A DNA stretch of 64,000 nt from a virus (IMGVR_UViG_2824317532_000002:1-64000), one strand, 5' to 3'; shown: positions 39,492 to 49,159, counted from the first letter of the stretch. Numbers and translations are program-made. Notes: generated by a model from the sequence alone, not told the origin.

Positions 39492-41048
39492 ATGACGCCG
39501 CCGCAGATTAAGTCCAAGGCTCGGCTTCGGGCGATGCGCATCGGCCAGCCGGGCATGCAGGCGGCCATCCCTCGCGTGATCATCTACCTGCGGATGAGCC
39601 TCGACAAGACCGGCGAGGGCGCTGGCCTCGAACGGCAGGAGCAAGCATGTCGGGCACTCTGCCTGGCTCGCGGCTGGGAGGTAGTCGCCGTCGTCGAGGA
39701 CACGGTCTCGGCCACCGATTGGCGGCTCGCCGACCGGGCCGGCTGGTCGCAGGTGGTCACGGCGATCGAGGCCGGCGAAGCCGATCTGGTGGTTGCCTGG
39801 CACCTCGACCGAGTAACCCGCGACATGCGCGACCTCGAAGCACTGATCGAGCTTGCCATTGACAAGGGCATCGGTCTGGCCACCGCGACCGGCGACATCG
39901 ACCTCACGACCGACGTGGGCCGCATGGTGGCCCGCATCCTGGCCGCCGTTGCGACCGCCGAGGGTGAACGGAAAGCCGAGCGACAGATTCTGGCCAGCGA
40001 TCAGCGGGTCGCCCGGGGTAAGCCCAACTGGATTCGCCGCCCGTTCGGATTTAACAAGGATGGCACGCACGTTCCCGACGAGGCTGCCGCGATCAAGCAG
40101 GCGTACTACGACTTAGTCAAGGGCAAGGCGCTCACGGCCATCGCCGCGGACTGGAACGAGAAGGGATTCCGCACGAGCGCACCCAGCGAGGAGGAGGCCC
40201 GGCCACGGGCACCTCGTCAGCGCGCCTATAACCCTACCGGCCTGTGGGGCAACGTCGCAGTGAGGCTCCTACTACGCAACCCGCGCAACATGGGCATGAT
40301 CACCCTCTACGGGGAGATCATGGGCAAGGGTTCGTGGAAGCCGATCATCGACGAGGCGACCTTCCTCAAGGTTGACAAGCTTCTCGCGGACCGGCAGCGG
40401 CCCGAGTCCCTCAAGGGCAAGCTGGCCAACCTGCTTTCGGGCATCGCGGAATGCGGCGTGTGCGGCGGCCCGGTACAGGCGACCAAGCGAAACGATGAGC
40501 CGCTCTACACCTGCAAGGGCAACAAGTGGAAACCGGAGGAAGGCCGGGGCCACACGTCCCTCCCGCTCGACTATGCGGAGGGCCTGGTTCTGCGCCGGCT
40601 AGTAGAGCAGATGAAGCGAACGAATCGGGTGTCGTTCCATCCGATGCCGACTGGGGTTGACGTGAGTCCGCTGGAGGCGCGCGAGCGAGCGATTGACAAG
40701 CGGCTCAACGAGCTAATCGTGGAAGAGGTGACTGGCAAGATCACTCGCCAGCAGTTGCATGCGGGTACCGCAGAGCTGCGTCACGAACTGGCTGGCATTC
40801 AGATGGAGATCGCCAGGGCGGGCAGCTTCGGGCCGGTGAAGACCATCGACATCGAGGCGGCTTACGAGGAGTTCGGCGCCCTGGACTTGGGCGAGCAGCG
40901 TGGCATCCTCAGCGATGCGTTCCAGTTCATTCGGCTCATTCAGCGCGGACGGGGGCGGCCACGGGCCGGCGAGCCGATCTGGAAACCCGAGCACCTTGAA
41001 ACTGAGTTCACGCCCGAGTGGCAACGAGTGTTCGAGCCGAAAGCCTGA
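39492..41048 (+). CDS. int: Large serine integrase
   Basis: IYLRMS catalytic Ser, LDRVTRD, RPFGF, LLSGIAECGVCG zinc ribbon, coiled coil. Confidence 0.96.
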   Translation: MTPPQIKSKARLRAMRIGQPGMQAAIPRVIIYLRMSLDKTGEGAGLERQEQACRALCLARGWEVVAVVEDTVSATDWRLADRAGWSQVVTAIEAGEADLVVAWHLDRVTRDMRDLEALIELAIDKGIGLATATGDIDLTTDVGRMVARILAAVATAEGERKAERQILASDQRVARGKPNWIRRPFGFNKDGTHVPDEAAAIKQAYYDLVKGKALTAIAADWNEKGFRTSAPSEEEARPRAPRQRAYNPTGLWGNVAVRLLLRNPRNMGMITLYGEIMGKGSWKPIIDEATFLKVDKLLADRQRPESLKGKLANLLSGIAECGVCGGPVQATKRNDEPLYTCKGNKWKPEEGRGHTSLPLDYAEGLVLRRLVEQMKRTNRVSFHPMPTGVDVSPLEARERAIDKRLNELIVEEVTGKITRQQLHAGTAELRHELAGIQMEIARAGSFGPVKTIDIEAAYEEFGALDLGEQRGILSDAFQFIRLIQRGRGRPRAGEPIWKPEHLETEFTPEWQRVFEPKA

Positions 41049-41073
41049 TGGCGGGGCGGCGTACCCTGGCCAG

Positions 41074-41337
41074 GTGGATGACCTGTATGCGGTTGAGATC
41101 CCGCTCGATCCGGCAACCGCGCGATGGGTGGCCGAGAAGGCGCAAGCCCTGACTCAGGGCAATGAGGGCCGGTACATCGGCAAGCTCCTGCAACTCCTGC
41201 GTGAGCAGGAGGAGGAGCGCCGGGCCCTCGGGCTGCTCGACGGCGAGCCGTTGCCGCCGCATGCGTGGGGCGTCCTGCAGAGGGAGAACATCGAGCGGGC
41301 TAAGAGCGCCGCTTCACTGGATACTCGTCTATGGTGA
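41074..41337 (+). CDS. Small leaderless protein (RHH-like?)
   Basis: TACCCT -10 six nt before GTG; VEIPLD strand followed by two helices. Confidence 0.5.
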   Translation: MDDLYAVEIPLDPATARWVAEKAQALTQGNEGRYIGKLLQLLREQEEERRALGLLDGEPLPPHAWGVLQRENIERAKSAASLDTRLW

Positions 41338-41478
41338 CGGGCTCCCGCTCGGGAGGGTCGCTGACGAGGGGCGGGTCCTCTACCTGCAGATCCAGCCAGA
41401 TGAGCTGGAAGCCAGCAAGCTCGAAGACCCGCACCGCCTCGATCTCGATCAGGAGCACGCCCTCAGGCTAGGGCCCGT

Positions 41479-41889
41479 TCAGCCGACGCTCTCGATTTCC
41501 GCCAGGAACAGGGGCAGTGCAGTGATGTTCATGGGATTCACCCAGGCGGGCTTGGAGCGCTTGCTTCCGGACCACCCGCTGGCGCGCTCGGTGAGCACCT
41601 GAACGGTGATGACCTCGTACGGCTCCTCGTAGCGAACCATCGGCCGGGGCGGGGTCAGCCAGTCCGCGATGAAGTCGGCATCCTCGCCGGGCTCGGCCTC
41701 GCGGGCGCGACGTCCTATCCTCTGCTCGACCTTGATCTGCTTGACCTCGCCGACGGCCATCTGCTGTCCCCGGCCTGCCCCGATGCAGTAGATGACCCGC
41801 TCGCCGACCCGAAACCGGTTGCCGAGCCAGTCGACCGCGGAGACCGGTGCGCCGTTCTCGTCGTACTCAGGGCTGCTGGGTTTGCTCAC
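41479..41889 (-). CDS. Hypothetical phage protein
   Basis: 136-aa ORF; GTGA overlap. Confidence 0.65.
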   Translation of the reverse strand: MSKPSSPEYDENGAPVSAVDWLGNRFRVGERVIYCIGAGRGQQMAVGEVKQIKVEQRIGRRAREAEPGEDADFIADWLTPPRPMVRYEEPYEVITVQVLTERASGWSGSKRSKPAWVNPMNITALPLFLAEIESVG

Positions 41890-42308
41890 AGGCTGGCCGC
41901 CTGAGTGATGCCGGCAGCCTCGGCCTGGTCGAGGATCTCTGCCTCCTGGCGGGCGAGTTCGTGTTCGGCGTAGGTGATCGTGTCGTACTGCTCGATGTGG
42001 TAGAACCGGCCGCCTCGCTGGCGAACGACCCGCTCCAGCTCCGCCCAGAACCGTTCGCTGTGCTTGGTGTCCGTGGTGAATGCGTTCGGGGTGACGTATA
42101 CGTGGCGGAACCGCCGACCGAGCAGCCTCTCGGCCGCGTTCGTGCTGTAGACCTGGTTGTCGCGGAACTGCGGGAAGTCGGTGGCTTCCCTGATCCAGGC
42201 GACAACGAGGATGTCGTCGGGGTGGGCCGGCTCGACGTAGCCGACGAGGGCGGCTTCGGTCTTGCCGTTTACCGGCTGGTCGATGACGGCGATTTCGATA
42301 TCGGTCAC
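41886..42308 (-). CDS. Hypothetical phage protein
   Basis: 140-aa ORF; GTGA overlap. Confidence 0.65.
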   Translation of the reverse strand: MTDIEIAVIDQPVNGKTEAALVGYVEPAHPDDILVVAWIREATDFPQFRDNQVYSTNAAERLLGRRFRHVYVTPNAFTTDTKHSERFWAELERVVRQRGGRFYHIEQYDTITYAEHELARQEAEILDQAEAAGITQAASL

Positions 42309-42522
42309 TGGTAGGTCTCCGTCACGTCGATGGGAGCGGCTGCGATGAGGTGGATGCGGAGGGAGTCGATGCGGCCGGGGTCGACGTTGTTGCGGAACCA
42401 GGCCAGCGCGAGCTTGAGGGCCCGCTCACCCTCGTAGTAGCGGGGCTTGAGGGCGCGGCCCTCGACCGTGATGTTGAGCCGGAATATCGGAACCAGCATG
42501 CGGCCAGGTGTCGAGTAAACAC

Positions 42523-43248
42523 TCACGGCGCAACGCGCCCGTGCTTGTTGAACGCGCGCCACGTGACAGGCATGAGGTCGGCGAAGTATTCCTCGACCTG
42601 CTGGGCGGCCCGATCGATTTCCCACAGCGGGTGCGTCGGGAAGTATCGCTCGGCGGTCGCCGTGGATCGAAGGCTCAGGAAGTTGAGCAGCGACCGAGCG
42701 TTGATCGTCCAGAAAAACGACGTGAACACGTTGACTGGGAGAACCTGCCGAGCAACTTCGCGGGCAGCCCCGGAGGCCAGGAGTGCCTCGTACCGGCGAT
42801 ACGATTCCGTCGAATTTTGCATGATCGTGCTGGCGACGACCTCGTGCAGTTCGTCGCCGCCGTCAACCAGCTCGTAGCTCGTTGCCTTGCCGATCTGCAT
42901 GGTGGGGCGCGCACGCGGCGGCACGTAGAACCGGGGTGCGAGCACCTTGTAGCGGGCGCTTTCCTCGTTGAACGAGGAGATCCGGTGTGTACGCCACTCG
43001 CGGATGACAAAGATCGGCGTCTCAATGAAGAACCGCAACGTGCAGTGCTCGAATGGCGTGCCGTGCCGATCGCGCATCAGGAAGCTGATGAAGCGGTCCG
43101 GGTCGGTTGCGGCGATACCCTGACGGCGCGCCTCGTCGATCAGGTTGACGCCTTGCGTGCTGACGCGGGCGGCCCTAATCACGTCGAGGTCGTCGGACAT
43201 GTGGTTGTCCAGCTCCACGGTGGAGTGCGTACGGAACTCGATGGTCAC
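42523..43248 (-). CDS. thyX: FAD-dependent thymidylate synthase
   Basis: AARVS, HGTPFEH, REWRTHRISSFNEESARY, REVARQVLP, NARSLLNFLSLR. Confidence 0.95.
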   Translation of the reverse strand: MTIEFRTHSTVELDNHMSDDLDVIRAARVSTQGVNLIDEARRQGIAATDPDRFISFLMRDRHGTPFEHCTLRFFIETPIFVIREWRTHRISSFNEESARYKVLAPRFYVPPRARPTMQIGKATSYELVDGGDELHEVVASTIMQNSTESYRRYEALLASGAAREVARQVLPVNVFTSFFWTINARSLLNFLSLRSTATAERYFPTHPLWEIDRAAQQVEEYFADLMPVTWRAFNKHGRVAP

Positions 43249-43706
43249 TAGAAGGACTCCGGGTCGGTATCGACGGTGTCGGGGGTCATCGGGACAGGCT
43301 CGGGTTGGTGCTTCTTCTTCACCCACGGAAGCCGGACGGCGGTGTAGCCGCGGGCGATGCTGGCGTTGCGGTAGCCGGACTCGATCACGCCGCAATCGGC
43401 CAGGGCATCGAGCAGCCGCTGATACTTCTCCCAGGTCATCGGCTTGTCGATGATTAGGTGGTTGTGCCCCTCGGTGCTGGAGGGGATTACCTGGACCGGC
43501 AGGTCGATGTCGAGCACGGGCTTGTGCAGTGGGCCGACAGCGGCCTCGACCGCCGGGTCGAGCGCCACCTTGGAGGTCATCACGTTGGCGTCATCGAGGG
43601 TGACGCCTTCGGTGGTGGGGCGGCTGTACTCCTCGCCGGTGTTGTGGTTGAAGTCGACGCGGCCATAGAGCTGACCGGCAAGCGGGGCCTGGAACGAGAC
43701 GTTCAC
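43248..43706 (-). CDS. Hypothetical protein with AEP-like motifs
   Basis: VLDID...SSTEGHNHL. Confidence 0.6.
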   Translation of the reverse strand: MNVSFQAPLAGQLYGRVDFNHNTGEEYSRPTTEGVTLDDANVMTSKVALDPAVEAAVGPLHKPVLDIDLPVQVIPSSTEGHNHLIIDKPMTWEKYQRLLDALADCGVIESGYRNASIARGYTAVRLPWVKKKHQPEPVPMTPDTVDTDPESF

Positions 43707-44380
43707 GCGTACCGCCGGGGAGACAGGAGTTGCTCGCGCAGACGGCTAATGGCGGCGGCCGGGGTGATCCGGTCGATGCCGGAATCGATCGGGGCGAGCA
43801 GGTCGCGCAGGCCGCCGATGCCGGCCTCGTAGCGGTCGACGGCCTTCTTGTACTCGTTGCGCTGGTGCTTGGACTTCTCGACCGCGCTGAGGATGCCCTT
43901 GGCCTCGCCTGCGGTCATGGGCTGCTTCTCGTCAACCCGCTGGCCGAAGAGGCGGGCGATCTTGAGCAGGGCTTCGCGCTCGATGGGGGCCTTGGGCGGG
44001 ACCGGCTGGTCCTCGATTTCGGCCAGCTCGGACTCCAGGTCGCGGACCTTGCGCTCCAGCTCGGCGATGCGGTTGCGCAGGGTAAGGCGTTCTGCGCGCT
44101 CGGCCGTATGCAGTGCGCTGATCGTGTCGCGGGACTTCTTTAGGGCGATCACGCCGTCGAGGGCGCGGCGCATGTTGCTCGGGGACCAGCGGTCGCCGCC
44201 GAGCGGGTTGGTGGACAGCTCGACGCCCAGCTCCCGCGCGACCGCGCCGACGATGACTCGGGCGGCGGCGCCGCGCTCGTTCTCCTGGTGGACGGCGTTC
44301 TCGGCCATGCCCTGGACTGCGCACAGGGCGGCCTTGGTGTTGTCGAGCTGCTTCATCAGCAGGTTCATCTCGGTAGTCAT
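43703..44380 (-). CDS. Coiled-coil hypothetical protein
   Basis: RBS GAGGA; heptad-rich centre. Confidence 0.6.
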   Translation of the reverse strand: MTTEMNLLMKQLDNTKAALCAVQGMAENAVHQENERGAAARVIVGAVARELGVELSTNPLGGDRWSPSNMRRALDGVIALKKSRDTISALHTAERAERLTLRNRIAELERKVRDLESELAEIEDQPVPPKAPIEREALLKIARLFGQRVDEKQPMTAGEAKGILSAVEKSKHQRNEYKKAVDRYEAGIGGLRDLLAPIDSGIDRITPAAAISRLREQLLSPRRYA

Positions 44381-44598
44381 GCGCGGACGTTCCTCCTGCT
44401 CATCCCGGTCAGGTGCCAGAGGCCGGCCGGGCATTCGTAGTGACGGTTCTCGACTCGCATTCCGCGGCGGGTGCCGGCCTTGTCGGCGGCGCGGCTACGG
44501 TGGGTCCGGGCCCTTCCGAGGGCCTTGCTGGCGTCGTGTTCGCAGGTGAACCCGCGCTTCTCGCACGTGTCGCACCAGGTGTGACTGACGGTCTTCAT
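44377..44598 (-). CDS. Small Zn-binding protein
   Basis: CDTC...YECPAGLWHLT. Confidence 0.6.
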   Translation of the reverse strand: MKTVSHTWCDTCEKRGFTCEHDASKALGRARTHRSRAADKAGTRRGMRVENRHYECPAGLWHLTGMSRRNVRA

Positions 44599-44614
44599 GG
44601 CTGCTGATCACTCG

Positions 44615-45046
44615 CTACTTTCGGAACTTGTCGCAGGGGCAGACTTCGAGCCCGCATCGGCCGCGGGCAGAACCGTCCATGAGGTGGGCCCATCCGGCAT
44701 GTCCACAGTCGGGGTGCTGGCAGAAATCCTTGGCCCCCTTGCGGGAGCTGACGTTGCCGAGCAGGCGGCCGGTGCTGTTGAGGGTGACGACGGAGAACTC
44801 CCCGCCGAGCCCGCCGAGCTTCTCGCCCGTGCTGGTGGCGTCGATGACGCTGGCGAATGGGCCCCAGTTGAGGCCGAGCTGCCCCTTGCTGAATCGGTGA
44901 GAGAGGGCAACCCAGTCGCGCATGGCCATCAGGTCGGCCATGTCTTTGAGCAGGGCTTTCGCCATCTGCTCGGGGGTGTCGTAGTCGCCGGATTCGAGGA
45001 TGCCGACTACGCGCTTGACCTCTTCGGCCCGGGGGGTGAATCGCAC
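44615..45046 (-). CDS. Hypothetical protein with C-terminal Cys/His domain
   Basis: CGH...H...C...CPC. Confidence 0.6.
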   Translation of the reverse strand: MRFTPRAEEVKRVVGILESGDYDTPEQMAKALLKDMADLMAMRDWVALSHRFSKGQLGLNWGPFASVIDATSTGEKLGGLGGEFSVVTLNSTGRLLGNVSSRKGAKDFCQHPDCGHAGWAHLMDGSARGRCGLEVCPCDKFRK

Positions 45047-45069
45047 TCACTGACTCCCAGGACTAGACT

Positions 45070-45687
45070 TCACACCTTGGCAACGCTGACGGGCTCCAGG
45101 TAGCGCGCGGCGACCGGCCAGCCGGTGGGGCGGGAGGACCAGGGGGACGCGTTGTCGAACACGACCATCCAGGTCGGTTCCAGGGCGCCAGGCTGCGGGC
45201 CGATGACCGTGCCGAAGCTGCCCGTCTTCACGCCGAAGATTTCACCGTTCACGATGAGGCGTACCCGCTGGTTGACGGTGATCTCGGGGCCGGCCTCCAG
45301 CGGGGCGACCTCGTCCGGCTTGAGCGGCATGACCAGGCCGTTGCCGTCTCGGACGTGCAGCATCTCGCCGTAGATCCGCTCGACCACGCAGACGGCTCCG
45401 GGGGTGATGGCGAGCGCGTAGTCGGCGGTGAGCACCTTGATCAGGTCGCCGAGCTTGTAGCCGTCCAGGTCGGCGAGGGACAGCTCGTCGTAGTTGGTGA
45501 CGACGGCCGGCAAGTAGCAGGAGACGGCCGGGTCGAACATGCGGGCCTGGAGCACCTCGGACCACCATCCGCCGTTGCGCTCGCGGGTCCAGTGGTCGCC
45601 GTCCTTGTCGCGGATAACGGTTCCGACCGGTAGGGCGGCGAGTTGTTCGATGGCGGCGATCTCGCGGGTCAGCAGGTTGGTGCTCAC
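45070..45687 (-). CDS. Hypothetical multi-SH3-like domain protein
   Basis: LPVGTVIRDKDGDHW, YKLGDLIKV repeats; RBS GAGGAG. Confidence 0.65.
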   Translation of the reverse strand: MSTNLLTREIAAIEQLAALPVGTVIRDKDGDHWTRERNGGWWSEVLQARMFDPAVSCYLPAVVTNYDELSLADLDGYKLGDLIKVLTADYALAITPGAVCVVERIYGEMLHVRDGNGLVMPLKPDEVAPLEAGPEITVNQRVRLIVNGEIFGVKTGSFGTVIGPQPGALEPTWMVVFDNASPWSSRPTGWPVAARYLEPVSVAKV

Positions 45688-45723
45688 TGGCTCTCCTCGG
45701 TGTGCGTCGTGCTTGCGAGGACA

Positions 45724-45752
45724 AGACTACACACCGATGCCGCCCGTGTTAA
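45724..45752 (-). promoter_or_regulatory. Sigma70-type promoter overlapped by two 13-bp motifs
   Basis: TTAACA-N17-TAGTCT. Confidence 0.65.
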
Positions 45753-45759
45753 GTCTTAA

Positions 45760-46152
45760 CTAGGTGCTGGGGGCCACATTCTTGCGAGGGTCCTGGCGGT
45801 CGTCGTACAGGGCCCGCATCTCCTCGCTCGCGCCCCACTCCAACATGGCGAACGCGTGCCAGGCCACGGCCACAAGGTGCGGCTGCCCGGTCTCCGCGTC
45901 CATGTCCTCGCCAGCCCAGAACGCCCAAGCGTGGCGCTGCATCGCGGCGAACGAGGAGGACCAGGGGTAGCCCTTGCGCCAGTTGTCGACCTCGCCGGCC
46001 CCGCTCGGGTACTTCTCGGGGCCGATGCCGTACCTCTCGGCCAGCAGGCGCAGCGGGCCAGATGGGATCAGGTCGTAGCGGGCTCGCTTAACGTCCTTGG
46101 CGCCGCCCGTCTCGCTGACGGGGCGCGTTACCTGCGGTTTGTCCGGGGTCAC
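45760..46152 (-). CDS. dATP/dGTP diphosphohydrolase domain protein (DUF5664)
   Basis: RYDLIP, G.EKY...NWRKG, AAMQRH, GED.D.ETG.PHL...AW. Confidence 0.85.
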   Translation of the reverse strand: MTPDKPQVTRPVSETGGAKDVKRARYDLIPSGPLRLLAERYGIGPEKYPSGAGEVDNWRKGYPWSSSFAAMQRHAWAFWAGEDMDAETGQPHLVAVAWHAFAMLEWGASEEMRALYDDRQDPRKNVAPST

Positions 46153-46295
46153 TCGGCGGCTCCTTGTCTCGTTTCCATCTGGCTTCCAACTCCGCCCGAA
46201 TCTCGGCGGCCCGCTCGATAGGGAACACTCCCGGGCGCGGGCCGAACGCGCCGGGCCTACGTTCTGGCTGCTTCTCGCTGGTCATGTCCTCGACG

Positions 46296-46595
46296 CTACG
46301 CCGTGGCGGGGCCGGTCAGAATGGCCTCCCACATCACCGGGCTACGCAGCCGCTGGCCGGCGCCCACCTTTGCGCGCACCGCGTCGCGGGGCACGATGCG
46401 CCGGTTGAACCGGGAGGCGCGGTCGACCTGGCCGGGCTGGCGGCCGTGGTCCGCGGCGAGGAACTTGACGTACACCCACTCACCGGTGATCAGCTCGACC
46501 CGGCAGCGGCTGAGTGTGTCGTCATCGTTCACCCAGTAGGCCAGGTCGCCCGCCTCGACGATCCAGCGCCGTTGGTCGGTTATGAACGTCGCCAT
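46296..46595 (-). CDS. Hypothetical phage protein
   Basis: 99-aa ORF with GGAG RBS. Confidence 0.55.
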   Translation of the reverse strand: MATFITDQRRWIVEAGDLAYWVNDDDTLSRCRVELITGEWVYVKFLAADHGRQPGQVDRASRFNRRIVPRDAVRAKVGAGQRLRSPVMWEAILTGPATA

Positions 46596-46642
46596 GCTGT
46601 CAGTCTCCGTCGTTAAGCGCCGCCTTGGGCGCGGAATTCCGT

Positions 46643-47047
46643 CTATGCCGCTGACTCGCGGTCGAGCACTGATACCCAGGTGGGGGACACGTCGAGCAAC
46701 GCGGCGACATCGCGCACGGTCAGCTTCATGCTCCTCAGCCTGGCCACGGCTTGCCGGGTCTGCTGGTCGGCCTGTCGCTGAGCCTCGGCCGCAGCGTCCT
46801 TGGCCGCTTTCACGCCGGCCACCACGTTCGCGACCTGCCCGGACGGGGTGATGGTCACCGCGAAGCTGTCCGCCGGTACGTCGAGCAGGAGAGAGAGCAT
46901 GTCCCGCACCATCGGCTCAACGTCGGCTAGCTTGCGCGCCTGCGTGTACGCCATGTCCACGCCGGGGACCTCGACGAACCACCAGTCCCCGGACCTTCTC
47001 ACCCGCGCCTCGTAGGTCTTCACCGCTCGAAGCTCCCTCGTGCTCAT
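46643..47047 (-). CDS. hicB: HicB-like antitoxin
   Basis: WWFVEVPGV..YTQARKL..VEPMVRD; C-terminal HTH LTVRDVAALLDVS. Confidence 0.85.
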   Translation of the reverse strand: MSTRELRAVKTYEARVRRSGDWWFVEVPGVDMAYTQARKLADVEPMVRDMLSLLLDVPADSFAVTITPSGQVANVVAGVKAAKDAAAEAQRQADQQTRQAVARLRSMKLTVRDVAALLDVSPTWVSVLDRESAA

Positions 47048-47232
47048 TTGTCCACCCCTCGCAGGATCGCTCGCGCTGTCATCTCGTTGATCTCGGCGTG
47101 CCGGGGGATAACCACATTGCGCCCGTTGTACCGGTACACGCTGTGACTTCCTCCCTCTCGCACGAACTCGAACGCCGCACCCTGCTCCTTGGCCTTGCGC
47201 TCCAGGGAGGCTATCAGTTCTCGCCGCTTCAC
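47044..47232 (-). CDS. hicA: HicA toxin
   Basis: REGGSHSVY...IPRHAEINEMTARAIL. Confidence 0.9.
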   Translation of the reverse strand: MKRRELIASLERKAKEQGAAFEFVREGGSHSVYRYNGRNVVIPRHAEINEMTARAILRGVDK

Positions 47233-47282
47233 ATGTTTAGTCTATTCTACTGGACGGATCTTGTAAAGTTGAGTGCACAGCC

Positions 47283-47687
47283 TCAGTGCACAACGTCGAT
47301 CAGCGGGACGGTCTCAACCTTGCGGGTGCGCGGCTTGGGCTTCCTGAACGCATGCCGCACCTTCTCGCGGCACCACTGCCAGTGCTTGACGTGCATCTCG
47401 TGGTGGCGCTCGTTGGGCTCGCGGGCCTCCCAATCCTCGACGTCCCGCACAGTCCGCTTGAACGCCAGCTCGACGCCTTGGGTGCCGTGCCTGGCCAGAA
47501 CCATCTTGACCGTCTCCCGGACCACGTAGATCCGGTTGTGGTCACGCGAGTGGTACGGCATCTGGTCGATACGGGACGCCCAATGCGTCGCCAGGTACAG
47601 CGCCTTCGCGTAGTCGTCGGGCTCCAGGCGGTGCTCGACCTTGCAGGGCATGAGCGACCGGGCCAGCTCGGACAGGTGGCGGATCAT
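47283..47687 (-). CDS. Hypothetical phage protein
   Basis: ORF with upstream GAGGAG; start uncertain. Confidence 0.55.
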   Translation of the reverse strand: MIRHLSELARSLMPCKVEHRLEPDDYAKALYLATHWASRIDQMPYHSRDHNRIYVVRETVKMVLARHGTQGVELAFKRTVRDVEDWEAREPNERHHEMHVKHWQWCREKVRHAFRKPKPRTRKVETVPLIDVVH

Positions 47688-47733
47688 CGGGTCATGTCTC
47701 CTCTGTCGATGGTGCGGGGAAGTGGCGTGATCA

Positions 47734-49131
47734 CTAGGCGGGTTGAGCAACCGCCTCCCCCAGAGCCTCGGCGACGACCTTGAGCACTGGCTCCCACGAG
47801 TCGACGGCGTGCCCGGCCGCCAGGACTACGTTCACGGTTCGGCTCCTCGATGGCGTGGTCACTTGGAAGGCGGCCCCCAGCGACTGGCGGGCGGTATTCA
47901 AGGCCACGCGCACCTCCGTGCCGAGCGCCCGCGTGGGGCTACCGATCCGCAGGTCGAACGTGAAGCCGTCGACCTCGCCCCGACCGGCCACGCTCACCGT
48001 GTTCAGTCGCGCCACCGGCTCCGGGGTCGACGCCTTGCGCTGGTCCGGCACCGTCGACTTCTTCGGGCCGGGCATCGCAGGCTTCGGCGGGACGGTCATC
48101 TTCCCCGCCTTCGGCTTGGGGGCCGCCTTCGGTTTCGCGGCCGGCTTGGACCTGGTCGAGACTTCGGCCTTGGACGCCTCGGCCAGGTGGCGTGTTGCGA
48201 ACCACGTCACCTGGCTCAGGATCTGACTTTCGGCCAGCTCGCGATCGAAGTCCTTGCAGGAGCACTTCCAGTGGTACAGCGGGACGTAGGTCAGGGCTCC
48301 GGCGTCGTCGTAGCCGGATACGGCCAGGCTCTGAGTCATGACCAGCTTGTGACCCGGGATCGGCTCGAACTTCGGCAGAACCTCGCGGGCAGGCTTCGCG
48401 GGCGTCGGCTCGGTCCCGGCAGCCTGCTGCGTCTCCACGAGGTGGCCGTGGCTCATCAGGTGCCGGGCAGCCTGCCGGGCGGCCTGGCCTGCGTAGTACA
48501 CGGTCTCGCGCTCCTGCGCCTTCGCGCCGCATTCGCACCGCCAGGTATGCCCGTCTGCCCAGTCGTTGAACTGGATCCCGCCGAAGACTTCGACCCGGTG
48601 CCCCGGCTCAATACGGAGCTTCCAAATCCTGTTCTCGCCAGCGGGCAGACCGCAACTGGCGTCGTCTGCGATTTCAGCGAAAGCCTCAGTCTCCGTGACA
48701 TACACGGGCACGGGGTAGCACCCGGCGATCACCGCTTCGGGGTCGAGGTCATGGCGCAGCTTTGCCCACACCTCAGTCACGACGGTGACCGGCTCGGGTT
48801 CCGACTCGGCCGACATGACCTCCAGACCGGGCAGGGCCTCCGGCTCGACCGGCTCGACCGGCTCGACCGGCGCGGCTGGCGCGGCTGGGGCCCGCTGGCC
48901 CATTTGCCGGATGTACCGCGCGGTGTCGAATTCGATTCCGATACCGGCCGCCCACGCTCCAGCCTCAGTGGTCACGTACTGGCCGGATTCTTCGGCCTCG
49001 ATCCACTCGGCGACAATGCACGCCGCGATGGTGGAGTCGCGCGGTCGGGTCAGCTTGGCGCTCTCGTGTCCGGCGTACCGCAGGATCGCGTTTCGCTGCG
49101 CCGGGGTCGGCTTCCTGGCGATCGTTCCCAT
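47734..49131 (-). CDS. Hypothetical multidomain early protein
   Basis: Two WxCxC...H zinc-like motifs, PVE tandem linker, Lys/Pro linker. Confidence 0.7.
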   Translation of the reverse strand: MGTIARKPTPAQRNAILRYAGHESAKLTRPRDSTIAACIVAEWIEAEESGQYVTTEAGAWAAGIGIEFDTARYIRQMGQRAPAAPAAPVEPVEPVEPEALPGLEVMSAESEPEPVTVVTEVWAKLRHDLDPEAVIAGCYPVPVYVTETEAFAEIADDASCGLPAGENRIWKLRIEPGHRVEVFGGIQFNDWADGHTWRCECGAKAQERETVYYAGQAARQAARHLMSHGHLVETQQAAGTEPTPAKPAREVLPKFEPIPGHKLVMTQSLAVSGYDDAGALTYVPLYHWKCSCKDFDRELAESQILSQVTWFATRHLAEASKAEVSTRSKPAAKPKAAPKPKAGKMTVPPKPAMPGPKKSTVPDQRKASTPEPVARLNTVSVAGRGEVDGFTFDLRIGSPTRALGTEVRVALNTARQSLGAAFQVTTPSRSRTVNVVLAAGHAVDSWEPVLKVVAEALGEAVAQPA

Positions 49132-49159
49132 GGCGGATCCCTTCATCATGACTAAACAC

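Noticed and set aside
48840-48870. CCGGCTCGA tandem repeat
   Set aside because: Encodes a PVE-PVE-PVE linker within a protein
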